A DNA stretch of 64,000 bases, taken from assembly GCA_052034935.1 (NCBI GenBank), contig JBPOIB010000006.1:537-64536 (forward strand), read 5' to 3'. The stretch's first letter is position 1. Every line of letters starts with the position of its first letter. Below the pieces are notes generated by a model. It did not search any database and had not been told where the DNA came from. It saw nothing but the letters and a program-made list of their open reading frames with translations. The position numbers and the translations under genes are program-made. This document shows, in pieces, positions 1 to 9,166 of the stretch. Source of the DNA: Candidatus Moraniibacteriota bacterium. GTDB lineage: Bacteria; Patescibacteriota; Minisyncoccia; Moranbacterales; UBA1568.

Positions 1-440
1 ATTTGAATGTCCGCAAATATTCTGTTTGCACAAAATACTCACGGACACTTCAGTTGACGATGAAGAATGTTTGCGCAGACTTCACCGTTTGTATTGCTTG
101 CCATATCACGTCCCTTGACGAAACATGATACGACGACCTTACAACTTTGACTTTTAAGCATACTCGTCATAGCCCCGCGCATGCGGCCTACTTCTCAGAC
201 GTGCTTACAAAGACTTCAATGAATTGTTAAGTTTTCTTGCGCGGAAAGACGAAATCTCGGAGACAAGTTTCTCACCCAAACCTCTCTCTTTCCGAACAAT
301 CAGTTATCTAAAGTGCAACTGCTTTTCAAAACAAAACTTCGACCCGTGAGCCGAAGATTTTTCGTACCCAATCTGTGTCTATTCAGTTTCAGTTGAGTTT
401 CACAGTTGGCGTGTCTTTTTCCCGTTTCTAAAGCGGTTTT
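1..440 (-). ncRNA. Long non-coding transcript running off the window end (possible rRNA operon leader or large structured RNA)
   Basis: No ORF; AT-richer than flanks; several hairpins (e.g. tgtccg...cggaca near 8-47); directly downstream of the promoter at 444-472. No mature rRNA sequence recognised. Confidence 0.35.
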
Positions 441-443
441 TCT

Positions 444-472
444 ATCTTATAGAAGCATCCGAATACTGTCAA
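444..472 (-). promoter_or_regulatory. Sigma70-type promoter
   Basis: TTGACA (472-467), 17 bp spacer, TAAGAT (449-444). Confidence 0.75.
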
Positions 473-535
473 GTATTTCACCAAAGAGGGGCCGAGACCC
501 TTCTGACCGAAGTGGAAATTCCTGGTTTTAAGCAA

Positions 536-567
536 GAAAAAACGCTCACTGCTGGGGGCAATGAGCG
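536..567 (-). terminator. Rho-independent terminator of the 612-1424 gene
   Basis: cgctcattgc-cccca-gcagtgagcg followed by a T-tract on the minus strand. Confidence 0.7.
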
Positions 568-611
568 GTCGAGGCGCCTGGTTTCGGGCGCTACTGGTTG
601 CGGTGGGATGG

Positions 612-1424
612 TCAGCCGCCGTCGTGCATGGCCGGATGGCCATGGTCGTGGCCATTGCCACGCGAACGCGGATCGCGCTCACGGCCACTGCCGGTGCGGC
701 GCGAGCGACCGGCGAGGGCAGCAGCGAGGAGGATCCCCAACCCGGGCGGCATGCCTTCCGGCAGACCATCTTCTTCTTCGGCGCCGAACAAGGCAGCCAG
801 CTCGGGCGGCATGCCCGGCGGCAGGCTGCTGCGTCGGCCCTGGCTCGCGCGTGACTGTTGCACCATGCCGACACAGCTGTTGATCAGGACGTGCAGCAAA
901 CGCATGCGCCGCGCATCGAGGGCACCGGTGCCACCGAGGATCATCTCCAGGACATGGCTTGTGTTGCGGATCTGTTGGCGGCCGTCACCTTCGTCCGGAC
1001 GCGCGAGGAGCGCTTCCAGCTTGGCGATCGTCCCCGGATCACCAGCGGTGCCGATCAGGTCGTCGGGATCGATGTACCAGCGGTCGGCCTCGGGCGCCGG
1101 CAGATCGCGGTACCACTGCAGCTGCTCGATGCCGGCACCCTGCTGAACGATGGTTTCGGGACCGACATGGCCGTACTGTCGGCCATCGTGATTGACGAAG
1201 GCCTCGGCATGGTCGTCCCAGCGCCAGGGACCCTTCGTGTCGCGCACGATGGACAGCGCTCCGACGGACTTCACCGAGAAGTCGAACCAGGTGCCGCCGC
1301 AGCTCGCGAGAACCAGGATCCGGTGGTTGCGATGCACCGGGCAATCGAGGTTGGTGATGGCGTCGCCCGGACGCAGATTCTGCATGATGCGGGAGAGACG
1401 GGCATGAGACTTGGGCTTGGGCAT
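612..1424 (-). CDS. Hypothetical protein, paralogue of 13463-14104
   Basis: 270-aa GC-rich ORF, GGAG SD, downstream terminator; shares PGD, SIV..GP(W/Y)RW, KL..LL and ILGG motifs with 13463-14104. Confidence 0.75.
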   Translation of the reverse strand: MPKPKSHARLSRIMQNLRPGDAITNLDCPVHRNHRILVLASCGGTWFDFSVKSVGALSIVRDTKGPWRWDDHAEAFVNHDGRQYGHVGPETIVQQGAGIEQLQWYRDLPAPEADRWYIDPDDLIGTAGDPGTIAKLEALLARPDEGDGRQQIRNTSHVLEMILGGTGALDARRMRLLHVLINSCVGMVQQSRASQGRRSSLPPGMPPELAALFGAEEEDGLPEGMPPGLGILLAAALAGRSRRTGSGRERDPRSRGNGHDHGHPAMHDGG

Positions 1425-1544
1425 GGAGTGCTCCAGTAGGTTGTCGATGGACTGGGGTTCTGCTCAGGCTCTCGCTTGGCAGATGTATATCTAATCAGAT
1501 AAGCTCGATTCTGTCAAGACTAAAGAGATAGGTTATAGCGTGAG

Positions 1545-2699
1545 CTAACGTTTCCCAATTAAGAGATCAAGAAAGGCTTGGCCGGACTTCGACCAGGTGA
1601 AGTGCTGGCGCTCTACGAGTGCGCGAGCATGGAGTTTCATCTGAAAAGACTTGTCTTTGGTGATCTCGCGGAGCGCCTGGAGGATCTCATCCGGCCGATA
1701 CGGATCAATGAGGACGCCCGCTTCGCCGATCACTTCAGGCAATGCTGCCGAATGCGACGCGATGACCGGCGTGCCGCAAGACAGGGCTTCGAGCGGCGGA
1801 AAGCCGAAGCCCTCATAGAAGGACGGATAGATGAAAACGCTCGCGAGATTGTAGAGCGCCGGCTTGTCGGCATCATCGACGAAGCCAATCAGGTGGATTG
1901 CTTCTTTCACTGGCGACTCTTCGATCGCTTTGAACAGAGCTTCGTAGTTCCAGCCGGGCCGACCGGCAAGTACCAGCTCATACCTCGCCATTTCTCCAAT
2001 CGCGGTCCGCCGGAAAACCTCAAACGCTTTCAGGAGTGACTCGAGATTCTTGCGCGGCTCAATCGTGCCGAGATAGAGAAAGAATTTGTACGGGAGATGA
2101 TACTTCTCTTGGACCGCTAAGAGGGCGAGATCATTGCGGTTCATTGGAGCAAAACGCTCGTCGACGCCGCTTGGTATCACCCGGATTTTTTCACGCGGAA
2201 TCCCATAGATGCTCGAGAGATCATCCTGGGTCGATTCGGAAACAGCAATCACACGATCGGCGCGGCGGAGCAGTCCCCGGAAATTCACGGCGAAATGCCA
2301 CAACCGCTGCTTCCGGGAAAAGAACTCCGGAAAGAGCTCGAACGAAAGATCATGTGCGGTCACGAATACCTTCGTCTTTCTCGAGAAGGCCGCGAAGTTG
2401 AGGTTTGGCATGAAGAATACGTCGACCCCGCCGATGAGCCGGTCTAATTTCGGATAGCGGAAATACCAGAGTGAGAAATTGAGCAGTTTGTTCGGAATCC
2501 GGAAGCGCCGGACCCTGACATGGGCGAATCCGTCGACCCAAGACAAGTCGGGCTCAGCCTTGCCCCAGGCGTTATAAAAGAGGACGTACTCGTGTTCCCC
2601 TCCGGATCGGAAGAGCTCCTTCAAGAGGCCGATTGTGTATTCTTCCACGCCGGTCCGGCGGCCCGCCGCGAGCGAACGGATATCGATACCAATGCGCAT
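1545..2699 (-). CDS. Glycosyltransferase family 4 (GT-B)
   Basis: TAHDL, LGTIEPRKN and YPSFYEGFGFPPLEA motifs. Confidence 0.93.
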   Translation of the reverse strand: MRIGIDIRSLAAGRRTGVEEYTIGLLKELFRSGGEHEYVLFYNAWGKAEPDLSWVDGFAHVRVRRFRIPNKLLNFSLWYFRYPKLDRLIGGVDVFFMPNLNFAAFSRKTKVFVTAHDLSFELFPEFFSRKQRLWHFAVNFRGLLRRADRVIAVSESTQDDLSSIYGIPREKIRVIPSGVDERFAPMNRNDLALLAVQEKYHLPYKFFLYLGTIEPRKNLESLLKAFEVFRRTAIGEMARYELVLAGRPGWNYEALFKAIEESPVKEAIHLIGFVDDADKPALYNLASVFIYPSFYEGFGFPPLEALSCGTPVIASHSAALPEVIGEAGVLIDPYRPDEILQALREITKDKSFQMKLHARALVERQHFTWSKSGQAFLDLLIGKR

Positions 2700-2753
2700 A
2701 GTTAATCTTTCGTCTCTTACGTGCTCTGAAATACGGTGTTTGTTTCGGTGCAG

Positions 2754-3389
2754 CTAACGGCTTTTGGATTCATCCTGTCTCTGTCCGCCCTGCCAGTACC
2801 AGCGGATGAGCACCGCCCAGAACGCGATGAGCGCGCCTGAGACGAGCGCAATGAGAAGCGACTTCATGAGCGTAAACCGCCCGTCTTTCACGAAGGGATC
2901 AGTCGCGAGGAGCGTGAACCAATTACGTTCGCGCGCCTGCTCATTCAGACTCGCCGTATAGCGTTCCCCGGTTTCGAGCATGGCATCGGCGAGACGCTTC
3001 GCTTCAGTCGGTGTCTTCGCGCGATACTTCACCTGGATGAGCTGCGACGAGGTCCGCAAAGCCTGGACTTTGCCCTTGATGAAAAATTCGCTAGGCTCGG
3101 CAGAAAGTTCGGCGCGTTCGGCGATCATCTGCATGCCAATACCGGATTCGAGATAACGCGCGATGGTATCAGCCATCCGCTCGTCCGCCTGCAATCGGTA
3201 GAACTGATCATATCGGTAATCAACCGTATCCTCTGCGGCGATGCGCGTCACCGAAAGGAGCACCGTGCCGGTGTACCACTGAGCCTGGAGGCGGTAGCTG
3301 AGAAGGCCGCCGAGGAGAGCAGCAACAATGATCCCTGTGATAAGCCGTTTCTCTCGAGTGAAAATGGCGATGAATTCCCGGAGCTCCAT
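2754..3389 (-). CDS. Wzz/CapA-like polysaccharide chain-length determinant
   Basis: MELREF start, N- and C-terminal TM helices around a soluble domain, located in a glycan locus. Confidence 0.65.
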   Translation of the reverse strand: MELREFIAIFTREKRLITGIIVAALLGGLLSYRLQAQWYTGTVLLSVTRIAAEDTVDYRYDQFYRLQADERMADTIARYLESGIGMQMIAERAELSAEPSEFFIKGKVQALRTSSQLIQVKYRAKTPTEAKRLADAMLETGERYTASLNEQARERNWFTLLATDPFVKDGRFTLMKSLLIALVSGALIAFWAVLIRWYWQGGQRQDESKSR

Positions 3390-3408
3390 AGATATTAAAA
3401 AGTGATGG

Positions 3409-4536
3409 CTAGACTGTTTTCTTGCTGCCCTGCTCGGCCAGATGAGTCGCAACGAGCACCTCTACTGCGCTCTGTATCTTAGCCCGAAAAAGCGCCTTGT
3501 CAAACCGTTCGGCATGCTGGCGGATGAGTCCGCTATCGTACGTCTTGCTCTGGAATTTCCGGACCGCTTCCGACAAAGATTCTGGTGTCTGCTCATCGAA
3601 GAATTCCCCCATCTTCCCCTCTTCAAGGTGCTCCACGATATCACCGCCCCGATACGCGATAACTGGTCGCCCCGAAGCGAAGGCCTCTTCGGCGACGATG
3701 CCAAAATCCTCTTCCTGCGGAAAGATGAACGCTTGGCATTTGGCATAGTATTTGGGGAGTGCCTCGTCCGGGACACGGCCGAGAAACTCGATTGTCGGTC
3801 CGGCGATTTTTTTCAAGCGATCGAATTCCGGACCGCGGCCGATAATCTTGAGCGGCAGTTTCAGCCGATTGAAGGCCTCAATCGCGATGTCGTGGCGCTT
3901 GTAGGCGATGAGACGGCCAACCATGAGAAAATAATCCTGGCACTCACTTTCCGGAGCGACCGAAAACGAGGCAATGTCGACCGGTGGATGGATGACAACG
4001 GAGTCCTTGCGATAGTACTTGGCAATCCGTGCCTGAACGAATTTCGAGTTGGCGATGTAGTGGTCGACCCGATCAGCAGACGCTTTGTCCCAAAGCCGAA
4101 TCGGGTTCATGAAGAACGGCACAAGCTTCTTTATGAAGCGCGGAAAGCCGAAATCTTGCGTGTATTTCTGACAGTCATCCCAGGCATAACGCATCGGTGT
4201 ATGAACATAAGAAATATGAAGCGTCTCCGGTCGCGTGATAATCCCCTTCGCATAGCTGGAAGAATCCGAGAGAACGACATCGTATTTCGAGAAATCAAAG
4301 CTCTCAATCGCGGCCGGCATGAGCGGAGGAAACAACCGGTGATGCTTCCTTGCGAAACGCGACTTCTGAAGAAACGACGTGTATATCCGCTTGTCAGCGA
4401 ACTTGCCGTGCATCGCTTCCGGATCATGGAGGAGCGTATAAATCGGTGCGTACGGCCAGATCTCGGTAAACGCTTCGAGCACGCGCTCGGCGCCGCCGTA
4501 CTGCACCAGATAGTCATGGACGAGAGCGATTTTCAT
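3409..4536 (-). CDS. Glycosyltransferase family 4
   Basis: MKIALVHDYL..GGAERV, HTPMRYAWD and EDFGIV..EA.ASGRPVI motifs. Confidence 0.93.
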   Translation of the reverse strand: MKIALVHDYLVQYGGAERVLEAFTEIWPYAPIYTLLHDPEAMHGKFADKRIYTSFLQKSRFARKHHRLFPPLMPAAIESFDFSKYDVVLSDSSSYAKGIITRPETLHISYVHTPMRYAWDDCQKYTQDFGFPRFIKKLVPFFMNPIRLWDKASADRVDHYIANSKFVQARIAKYYRKDSVVIHPPVDIASFSVAPESECQDYFLMVGRLIAYKRHDIAIEAFNRLKLPLKIIGRGPEFDRLKKIAGPTIEFLGRVPDEALPKYYAKCQAFIFPQEEDFGIVAEEAFASGRPVIAYRGGDIVEHLEEGKMGEFFDEQTPESLSEAVRKFQSKTYDSGLIRQHAERFDKALFRAKIQSAVEVLVATHLAEQGSKKTV

Positions 4537-4539
4537 AGC

Positions 4540-4884
4540 TTAGCCGGTGATATGCTCATACTGTCCATACTTCCAGGCTGGCGCACAGCTGATAAAAAGC
4601 GACATATTTCCTTCCCAATAAAATTTTTCACCTGGTTCGATCAAGACTACGTCTCCGGGCTCGAGCGACGTTTCCTCCTCTTCTGTGACAAGCTTACCGG
4701 AACCGCTTACGATATATGCCGTCTCGGCCGAGACACGGTTCAAGACCCAGCCCTCGTCCGGATAGCGGCCACTGATTTTTGCAATCGCCGCATCAACCCG
4801 CTCATCTTCCAAACGATATTCCGACATGAGGCAGGTCTCGCCATGCTGAAACTTTTCCGCTTCTATCGATGCAATTTTTTTCAT
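4540..4884 (-). CDS. Cupin domain protein
   Basis: E..YIVSGSG and LEPGDVVLIEPGEK cupin motifs. Confidence 0.8.
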   Translation of the reverse strand: MKKIASIEAEKFQHGETCLMSEYRLEDERVDAAIAKISGRYPDEGWVLNRVSAETAYIVSGSGKLVTEEEETSLEPGDVVLIEPGEKFYWEGNMSLFISCAPAWKYGQYEHITG

Positions 4885-5052
4885 ACAGCCTTATTGGGAG
4901 TGCTCATAAAAGGTTATCTCTATAGTACTCTACTTCACTCGCCGCCCGCGAGGCTCGACAAAATGAAGTTTCTATGGAATAATGTTTTTTCTCGTCTTGG
5001 GCCGAAGCTGTCGGAAGGGTTCCGAAAGCGTCCACCCCGAGAGGAGACTGCC

Positions 5053-5448
5053 ATGACTCGTCGCATTCGCGTCATCATCGAAACAAGAGGGCCTGTCCAG
5101 AACTACGAGGCGCACGTCGCCCGCCCTCTGGCCTGCATCGTGGCCAACGCGTTCGAGAACACGGTCGAGCCGGTCGAGCCGATCCTGCCCGAGCAGGTCG
5201 AGATCGAACATCGCGATGACATCTTGCTCGAGGAGATGATCGTGGTCGCCATCTCCATCGACACGAGCTACGACGACCACCACATCCGTGAGAAGGATGC
5301 GCTCAGTGCCCGGATCGCCCAAGCGATTCACCAGAACGGCATGTTCCGCTGCCGTGGTCACCACGAGCCCAACGTCCAAAACCCGACCAGCAGGGTTCGT
5401 CTCGAAATCAATCTGGGCGTCCGGCTGCCGAGTCTCGAAACAGCCTGA
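5053..5448 (+). CDS. Hypothetical protein, related to 8330-8740
   Basis: GAGGAG SD before ATG 5053; upstream TCGACA-17-AATAAT; terminator hairpin near 5480-5518. Confidence 0.75.
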   Translation: MTRRIRVIIETRGPVQNYEAHVARPLACIVANAFENTVEPVEPILPEQVEIEHRDDILLEEMIVVAISIDTSYDDHHIREKDALSARIAQAIHQNGMFRCRGHHEPNVQNPTSRVRLEINLGVRLPSLETA

Positions 5449-5516
5449 AGCTTCGAGCGCCAAGCCGCCAACCCGAACGCTCCCGGACCTCACATGGTTC
5501 TGGAGCGCTTTCTTTT

Positions 5517-6467
5517 TTATGCCGTAGCGAGTTCCCAAACTTTGCGAAGGTCCCGATAAAGCAAATCCCAGACGGTGACCGAACAGACTCCGATGAGGGC
5601 GGATTCATCTTCTTTTGAAAGGGCCAAGTTTTCTACGTTCTGCTCTCCCATCATCGGGTACATGATCGATTCCGGATTGTCGACGTGGCCAAGACCGAGC
5701 GCATGTCCCAACTCATGAGTGAGCACCATGCGCAGATGGTTCCGATCATCAAATTGGTAGATATCGATTCCTTCGCCGTTGTAGATGCCCTGATCGAAAG
5801 CCTCCCCAGTCCCGTAGACTTCGGTGAATTCATCGAGCTCAGCATTGTAACGGTCGATGATCTTTTCCTCTTCCTTCGCGTATCGATTGACGTCGGCAAC
5901 GAGTCCGTTCACCTTCTGACGCTTTGCCTCGAGCATGTTCTGATCGCGCTCGAGCGCCCGCTCCTCATCGCGAAGCCACTCAATTTCGTCTTCGTCCGTT
6001 CGGTCGCTCTCGTTCCATTTGATGACGCGGATATTGTAGCGCTTCAGCCTCGCTTCAAAAGCTGCAAGTGATGAATCATAGTCCTGCCGCGCCGACTTGA
6101 GCTCGGCTGCCAGTCGATTGTATTTTTCCTTGATACTCTCCTGCTTCGACTGAACGGTCGTAAGCTCCTGTTCCAGCTTCTGACTCTCAATGGTCCGTGC
6201 TTGACGTTCGTCGAAAATGAGATTGACTGGGAAAGCCGCCGTCTCATCGTAACGAAAGAGATCACGACGAACCGATATTTCCCATGGTTCTTCGGCTTCG
6301 GCGAGCGCCGCCTGAAAATCAGCTTTCGAGATACCAAAGCGTTCGTCGAATTGGCCGATGGTATACGCCAAGGCAATCCGGCACGGTACGCGTGACGATT
6401 CAAACGCATAGAGTCCGCCAAAAGCCGCGATGATGATGAGAATCCAGAGAGAAATCCGCTTGGTCAT
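5517..6467 (-). CDS. Matrixin (M10)-like zinc metalloprotease with coiled-coil insert
   Basis: HELGHALGLGH zinc motif, SIMYP Met-turn, N-terminal TM/signal. Confidence 0.85.
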   Translation of the reverse strand: MTKRISLWILIIIAAFGGLYAFESSRVPCRIALAYTIGQFDERFGISKADFQAALAEAEEPWEISVRRDLFRYDETAAFPVNLIFDERQARTIESQKLEQELTTVQSKQESIKEKYNRLAAELKSARQDYDSSLAAFEARLKRYNIRVIKWNESDRTDEDEIEWLRDEERALERDQNMLEAKRQKVNGLVADVNRYAKEEEKIIDRYNAELDEFTEVYGTGEAFDQGIYNGEGIDIYQFDDRNHLRMVLTHELGHALGLGHVDNPESIMYPMMGEQNVENLALSKEDESALIGVCSVTVWDLLYRDLRKVWELATA

Positions 6468-6506
6468 AGGTTTCCACTATCATAGCATTCTGGCTCTCTC
6501 AAGCCT

Positions 6507-6535
6507 TTGACAGCACAGTTTCACATTGCTAGTAT
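6507..6535 (+). promoter_or_regulatory. Sigma70-type promoter of the five-gene operon
   Basis: TTGACA, 17 bp spacer ending TGC, TAGTAT. Confidence 0.75.
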
Positions 6536-6590
6536 CCGCTCGAAGAATGACCTCTTCCCCTTCTTTAAAAACCCCTACCGGAGCTATCCT

Positions 6591-6893
6591 ATGCGTATCC
6601 GTATCATCGGTCCCGCCCTGGCTGATCCGGCCCAAAGGATCAGGTCCGAGCGACTTCTCGACTTTGTCGGTTGCACCCTCGAAGCGGATGGCCAGGCAGT
6701 CACTGCACTCCGCAGACTGCATCCGACGCTTCCGAATCACCCCCGGACCTACGGCGTCGCGATCGCCGATGTGCTGGAAGCGCTCGCTTTGAAACCGAGC
6801 ATTCACCCCGAAGCGATTCCTGCCTGGGGTGGACTCATCGAGAGTTGCCTCGTTTACTTCCCAGCCGACTCAGTCGAATCCCTCACTGATTGA
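6591..6893 (+). CDS. Small hypothetical protein, paralogue 1 of 5
   Basis: GGAG SD; MRIRII...FVG...YGV..DVLEAL...W...FP pattern. Confidence 0.8.
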   Translation: MRIRIIGPALADPAQRIRSERLLDFVGCTLEADGQAVTALRRLHPTLPNHPRTYGVAIADVLEALALKPSIHPEAIPAWGGLIESCLVYFPADSVESLTD

Positions 6894-6904
6894 AGGAGCC
6901 CATC

Positions 6905-7219
6905 ATGCCGAAGACATTCCGCATCGTCAAAGCTCCTCCTCAATTGGAGCGTTCACCTGAAGCCCTGGAGAGCCTTGTCGGTCTCGAATTCGAAGATGAT
7001 CCGGCGCGAGTCGAGGAGATCATCAATGCATTCCCCTACATCCCTCAAGTCCCGGATTGCTTCATCGCCGTCGACGCGAAAGTCATCCTGCGGGCGCTTT
7101 GGAAGTTCCGAAGCTACGCAGCCTACCGCTACTGGACCCAGTTCGCTTTCGTCTTCCCACTCCTGTACATCCCAGTTTGGTGTTGCGAGACGCTGGACGA
7201 CAACCCTCAAGGAGTCTGA
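6905..7219 (+). CDS. Small hypothetical protein, paralogue 2 of 5
   Basis: AAGGAG SD; FRIVKAP...LVG...AV...LRAL...YW...IPVWCCE pattern. Confidence 0.8.
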   Translation: MPKTFRIVKAPPQLERSPEALESLVGLEFEDDPARVEEIINAFPYIPQVPDCFIAVDAKVILRALWKFRSYAAYRYWTQFAFVFPLLYIPVWCCETLDDNPQGV

Positions 7220-7220
7220 C

Positions 7221-7535
7221 ATGGCCACGATTTACGTCTTCATCTATCAAGCCCCGAGGAGCGGAGTCCATCCAGAACTGGCGAAAAAGCTCCTCGGTCT
7301 CGTCGTGCCGGTCTGGGACTACCTCCTCATCGGCACCCAGGAAGCGCTCTACCCCTGGGAGGACGCGACGGTCTATTCGGTCTGCAATGACGACATCCGC
7401 GAAGCCCTCGTCTCGCACTACGGCCCGAATACCGCCGAAACCCTGTACCCCTTTCTCCCGGTCGGCCAGGCAACCAAAGTCCCGGTCGACTGTTGCGAGA
7501 TCCGCCCCTGCCCGCCAACCACGAGAGGAGACTGA
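7221..7535 (+). CDS. Small hypothetical protein, paralogue 3 of 5
   Basis: AAGGAG SD; IYQAP...LLG...YSVCNDDIREAL...VPVDCCE pattern. Confidence 0.8.
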   Translation: MATIYVFIYQAPRSGVHPELAKKLLGLVVPVWDYLLIGTQEALYPWEDATVYSVCNDDIREALVSHYGPNTAETLYPFLPVGQATKVPVDCCEIRPCPPTTRGD

Positions 7536-7537
7536 CC

Positions 7538-7846
7538 GTGAAGAAGACCCTTATCATCCGTACGGCGCCAGTCGTGCGCATCAACTCCGCGCTCGCTGCC
7601 GCCATTGTCGGCATCACCATCGGTCTACGCCCGGAACTCTACGTCTGGACAACTGAACCGACCGACCCGACGCAGGGCGACTTCTACTACGTCCACAACG
7701 ATGACCTGCGCGAAGCGCTGACCGTACGCGACGGCATCACCGCCGCCTCGGCCTGGTTCGAATACCTGCCGCTCGGCCGTGTCACCAGCGTCGAGTGCGT
7801 CTGCTGCGAACTGATCGATTCCGCAGTCGAAACTGTCAGGACCTGA
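7538..7846 (+). CDS. Small hypothetical protein, paralogue 4 of 5
   Basis: GAGGAG SD, GTG start; IIRTAP...IVG...YYVHNDDLREAL...W...CCE pattern. Confidence 0.8.
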   Translation: MKKTLIIRTAPVVRINSALAAAIVGITIGLRPELYVWTTEPTDPTQGDFYYVHNDDLREALTVRDGITAASAWFEYLPLGRVTSVECVCCELIDSAVETVRT

Positions 7847-7848
7847 TC

Positions 7849-8145
7849 ATGCGACGGATTCGAATTATCCGACCCATACCCCCGAGTGTACTCCGAGAAT
7901 CGGAAACGATGCGGCGAGCCCTTGTCGGAACAGTCGTACAGGTCGATGGTCCCGCCGTCGCCGCACGACGAGAGCGCTACCCGGGCATCGCTCCACGCGT
8001 TCCCGAGACGTATGAAGCGACGCTCGATGAAGTACTCCTCGCACTCGGCAAACTGGGACGCTATGAAGCTGAGATGGACTGGCGCATCGTCGCGCCACAT
8101 ATCGTCGGCATTCCAGTCGAATGCGGCGAACTCATCGAATCCTGA
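7849..8145 (+). CDS. Small hypothetical protein, paralogue 5 of 5
   Basis: MRRIRII...LVG...YEA..EVLLAL...W...IPVECGE pattern. Confidence 0.8.
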   Translation: MRRIRIIRPIPPSVLRESETMRRALVGTVVQVDGPAVAARRERYPGIAPRVPETYEATLDEVLLALGKLGRYEAEMDWRIVAPHIVGIPVECGELIES

Positions 8146-8164
8146 CCGCGCCATCGCGCGCACC

Positions 8165-8201
8165 AAGAGGCGACCCTGACCCGGTCTGCCTCTTTTCTTT
8201 T
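8165..8201 (+). terminator. Rho-independent terminator of the paralogue operon
   Basis: agaggc-gacc...ggtc-tgcctct followed by a T-rich tract. Confidence 0.7.
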
Positions 8202-8329
8202 GTCTTTACAAATCGGCTCGACAGTGGAAGAATAGCCTCTCGTCTCAAGTCAAGACTGCCGGAAATCTCTCCGTCGGTGCTCAGCCCAAGATGAGAAGCC
8301 CTTTGAAAACCATCCCCCAGGAGATCTCG

Positions 8330-8740
8330 ATGTCCACCCTTTGCCCCCTCCTTACCGTGTTCGTCGGACCCGATGTCGAAATGAACACCCCTACGCCGGC
8401 CGACGCCGCCAAGGTCGTTGCCCAGCTCGTCGCCCAGCTCATCAACCATCGCCGTGAAGAAGGCGAACGTTGCGGCGACAGCGACATTGCCGTCCGCTTC
8501 TTCCACGCAACCGAAGGCTCGGTCGTACTCCTCAACTGCGGCGATGTTTCGCTCACGCTCGAGCTCCACGAAGACGACGTTGACCGCCGTGATGAGGAAG
8601 GCCTGCGGGAATTCGTCGACGACATCTGTACGGCGATCACGAACCACGGCCCGTTCTCGAAGGGAGGCAATCCCGATGCCCTCGTCGTGCACTGCCAATT
8701 GGACTGGCGGCGGCACATGGCCCGCGAAATCCTGTTCTAA
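8330..8740 (+). CDS. Hypothetical protein, related to 5053-5448
   Basis: AGGAG SD, high GC3, terminator at 8766-8802. Confidence 0.75.
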   Translation: MSTLCPLLTVFVGPDVEMNTPTPADAAKVVAQLVAQLINHRREEGERCGDSDIAVRFFHATEGSVVLLNCGDVSLTLELHEDDVDRRDEEGLREFVDDICTAITNHGPFSKGGNPDALVVHCQLDWRRHMAREILF

Positions 8741-8765
8741 TTTCCCAGCCTGCGCCAACACGCGC

Positions 8766-8802
8766 AAAAAAGACGACCCCACAAAGGTCGTCTCGTTTTT
8801 TT
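8766..8802. terminator. Bidirectional terminator
   Basis: aaaaaa-gacgacc-ccacaaa-ggtcgtc-tcgtttttt between convergent genes. Confidence 0.7.
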
Positions 8803-9163
8803 ACTGAGTTTTCTTTGCTCGCCAGGAGAGAAGACCAAGACCGAGCGCGGACACGATTTCATACAACACCACCTGTGATGGCGGCACCATGAACATGGCA
8901 ATCGCTCCCTGCGGATCCGGATGGATATAGAAAATATCCGCGAGTGCCCAGCTCGCGAGTACGACGGTAATGAACACTGAGCCAATATTCACGTTCGGAT
9001 GTTCCGACTTCGCCGTCTGTATCACCATAAGGACGTAAGGTAAAAGCATCCATACAATAAAGACGCCATATGCCCCGAGGTTCGAAGGCTTTGCCAACGC
9101 AACGAACCATGCAGCCGACAAGACACCGTAAAGAATGAGCACTCCCGCCAGTATCTTACTCAT
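8801..9163 (-). CDS. Small membrane protein
   Basis: About four hydrophobic segments; follows the epimerase stop by 3 bp. Confidence 0.7.
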   Translation of the reverse strand: MSKILAGVLILYGVLSAAWFVALAKPSNLGAYGVFIVWMLLPYVLMVIQTAKSEHPNVNIGSVFITVVLASWALADIFYIHPDPQGAIAMFMVPPSQVVLYEIVSALGLGLLSWRAKKTQ

Positions 9164-9166
9164 AGA

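Noticed and set aside
1-440. Possible tmRNA, RNase P RNA or mature 16S/23S sequence
   Set aside because: I could not find their hallmark sequences (e.g. GAGGAAAGTCC, AGAGTTTGATC) on either strand.
743-815. 13-bp direct repeat CGGGCGGCATGCC
   Set aside because: It encodes the repeated GMPP peptide in a low-complexity tail and is not a separate element.
3442-5052. 5' part of the 668-aa plus-strand ORF
   Set aside because: Antisense to the glycosyltransferase and cupin genes. The real gene starts at 5053 with its own promoter and SD.
6591-8145. Paralogue array as a DGR target set or integron cassette array
   Set aside because: No reverse transcriptase, no adenine-variant template repeat and no attC-like spacers; the genes nearly abut.
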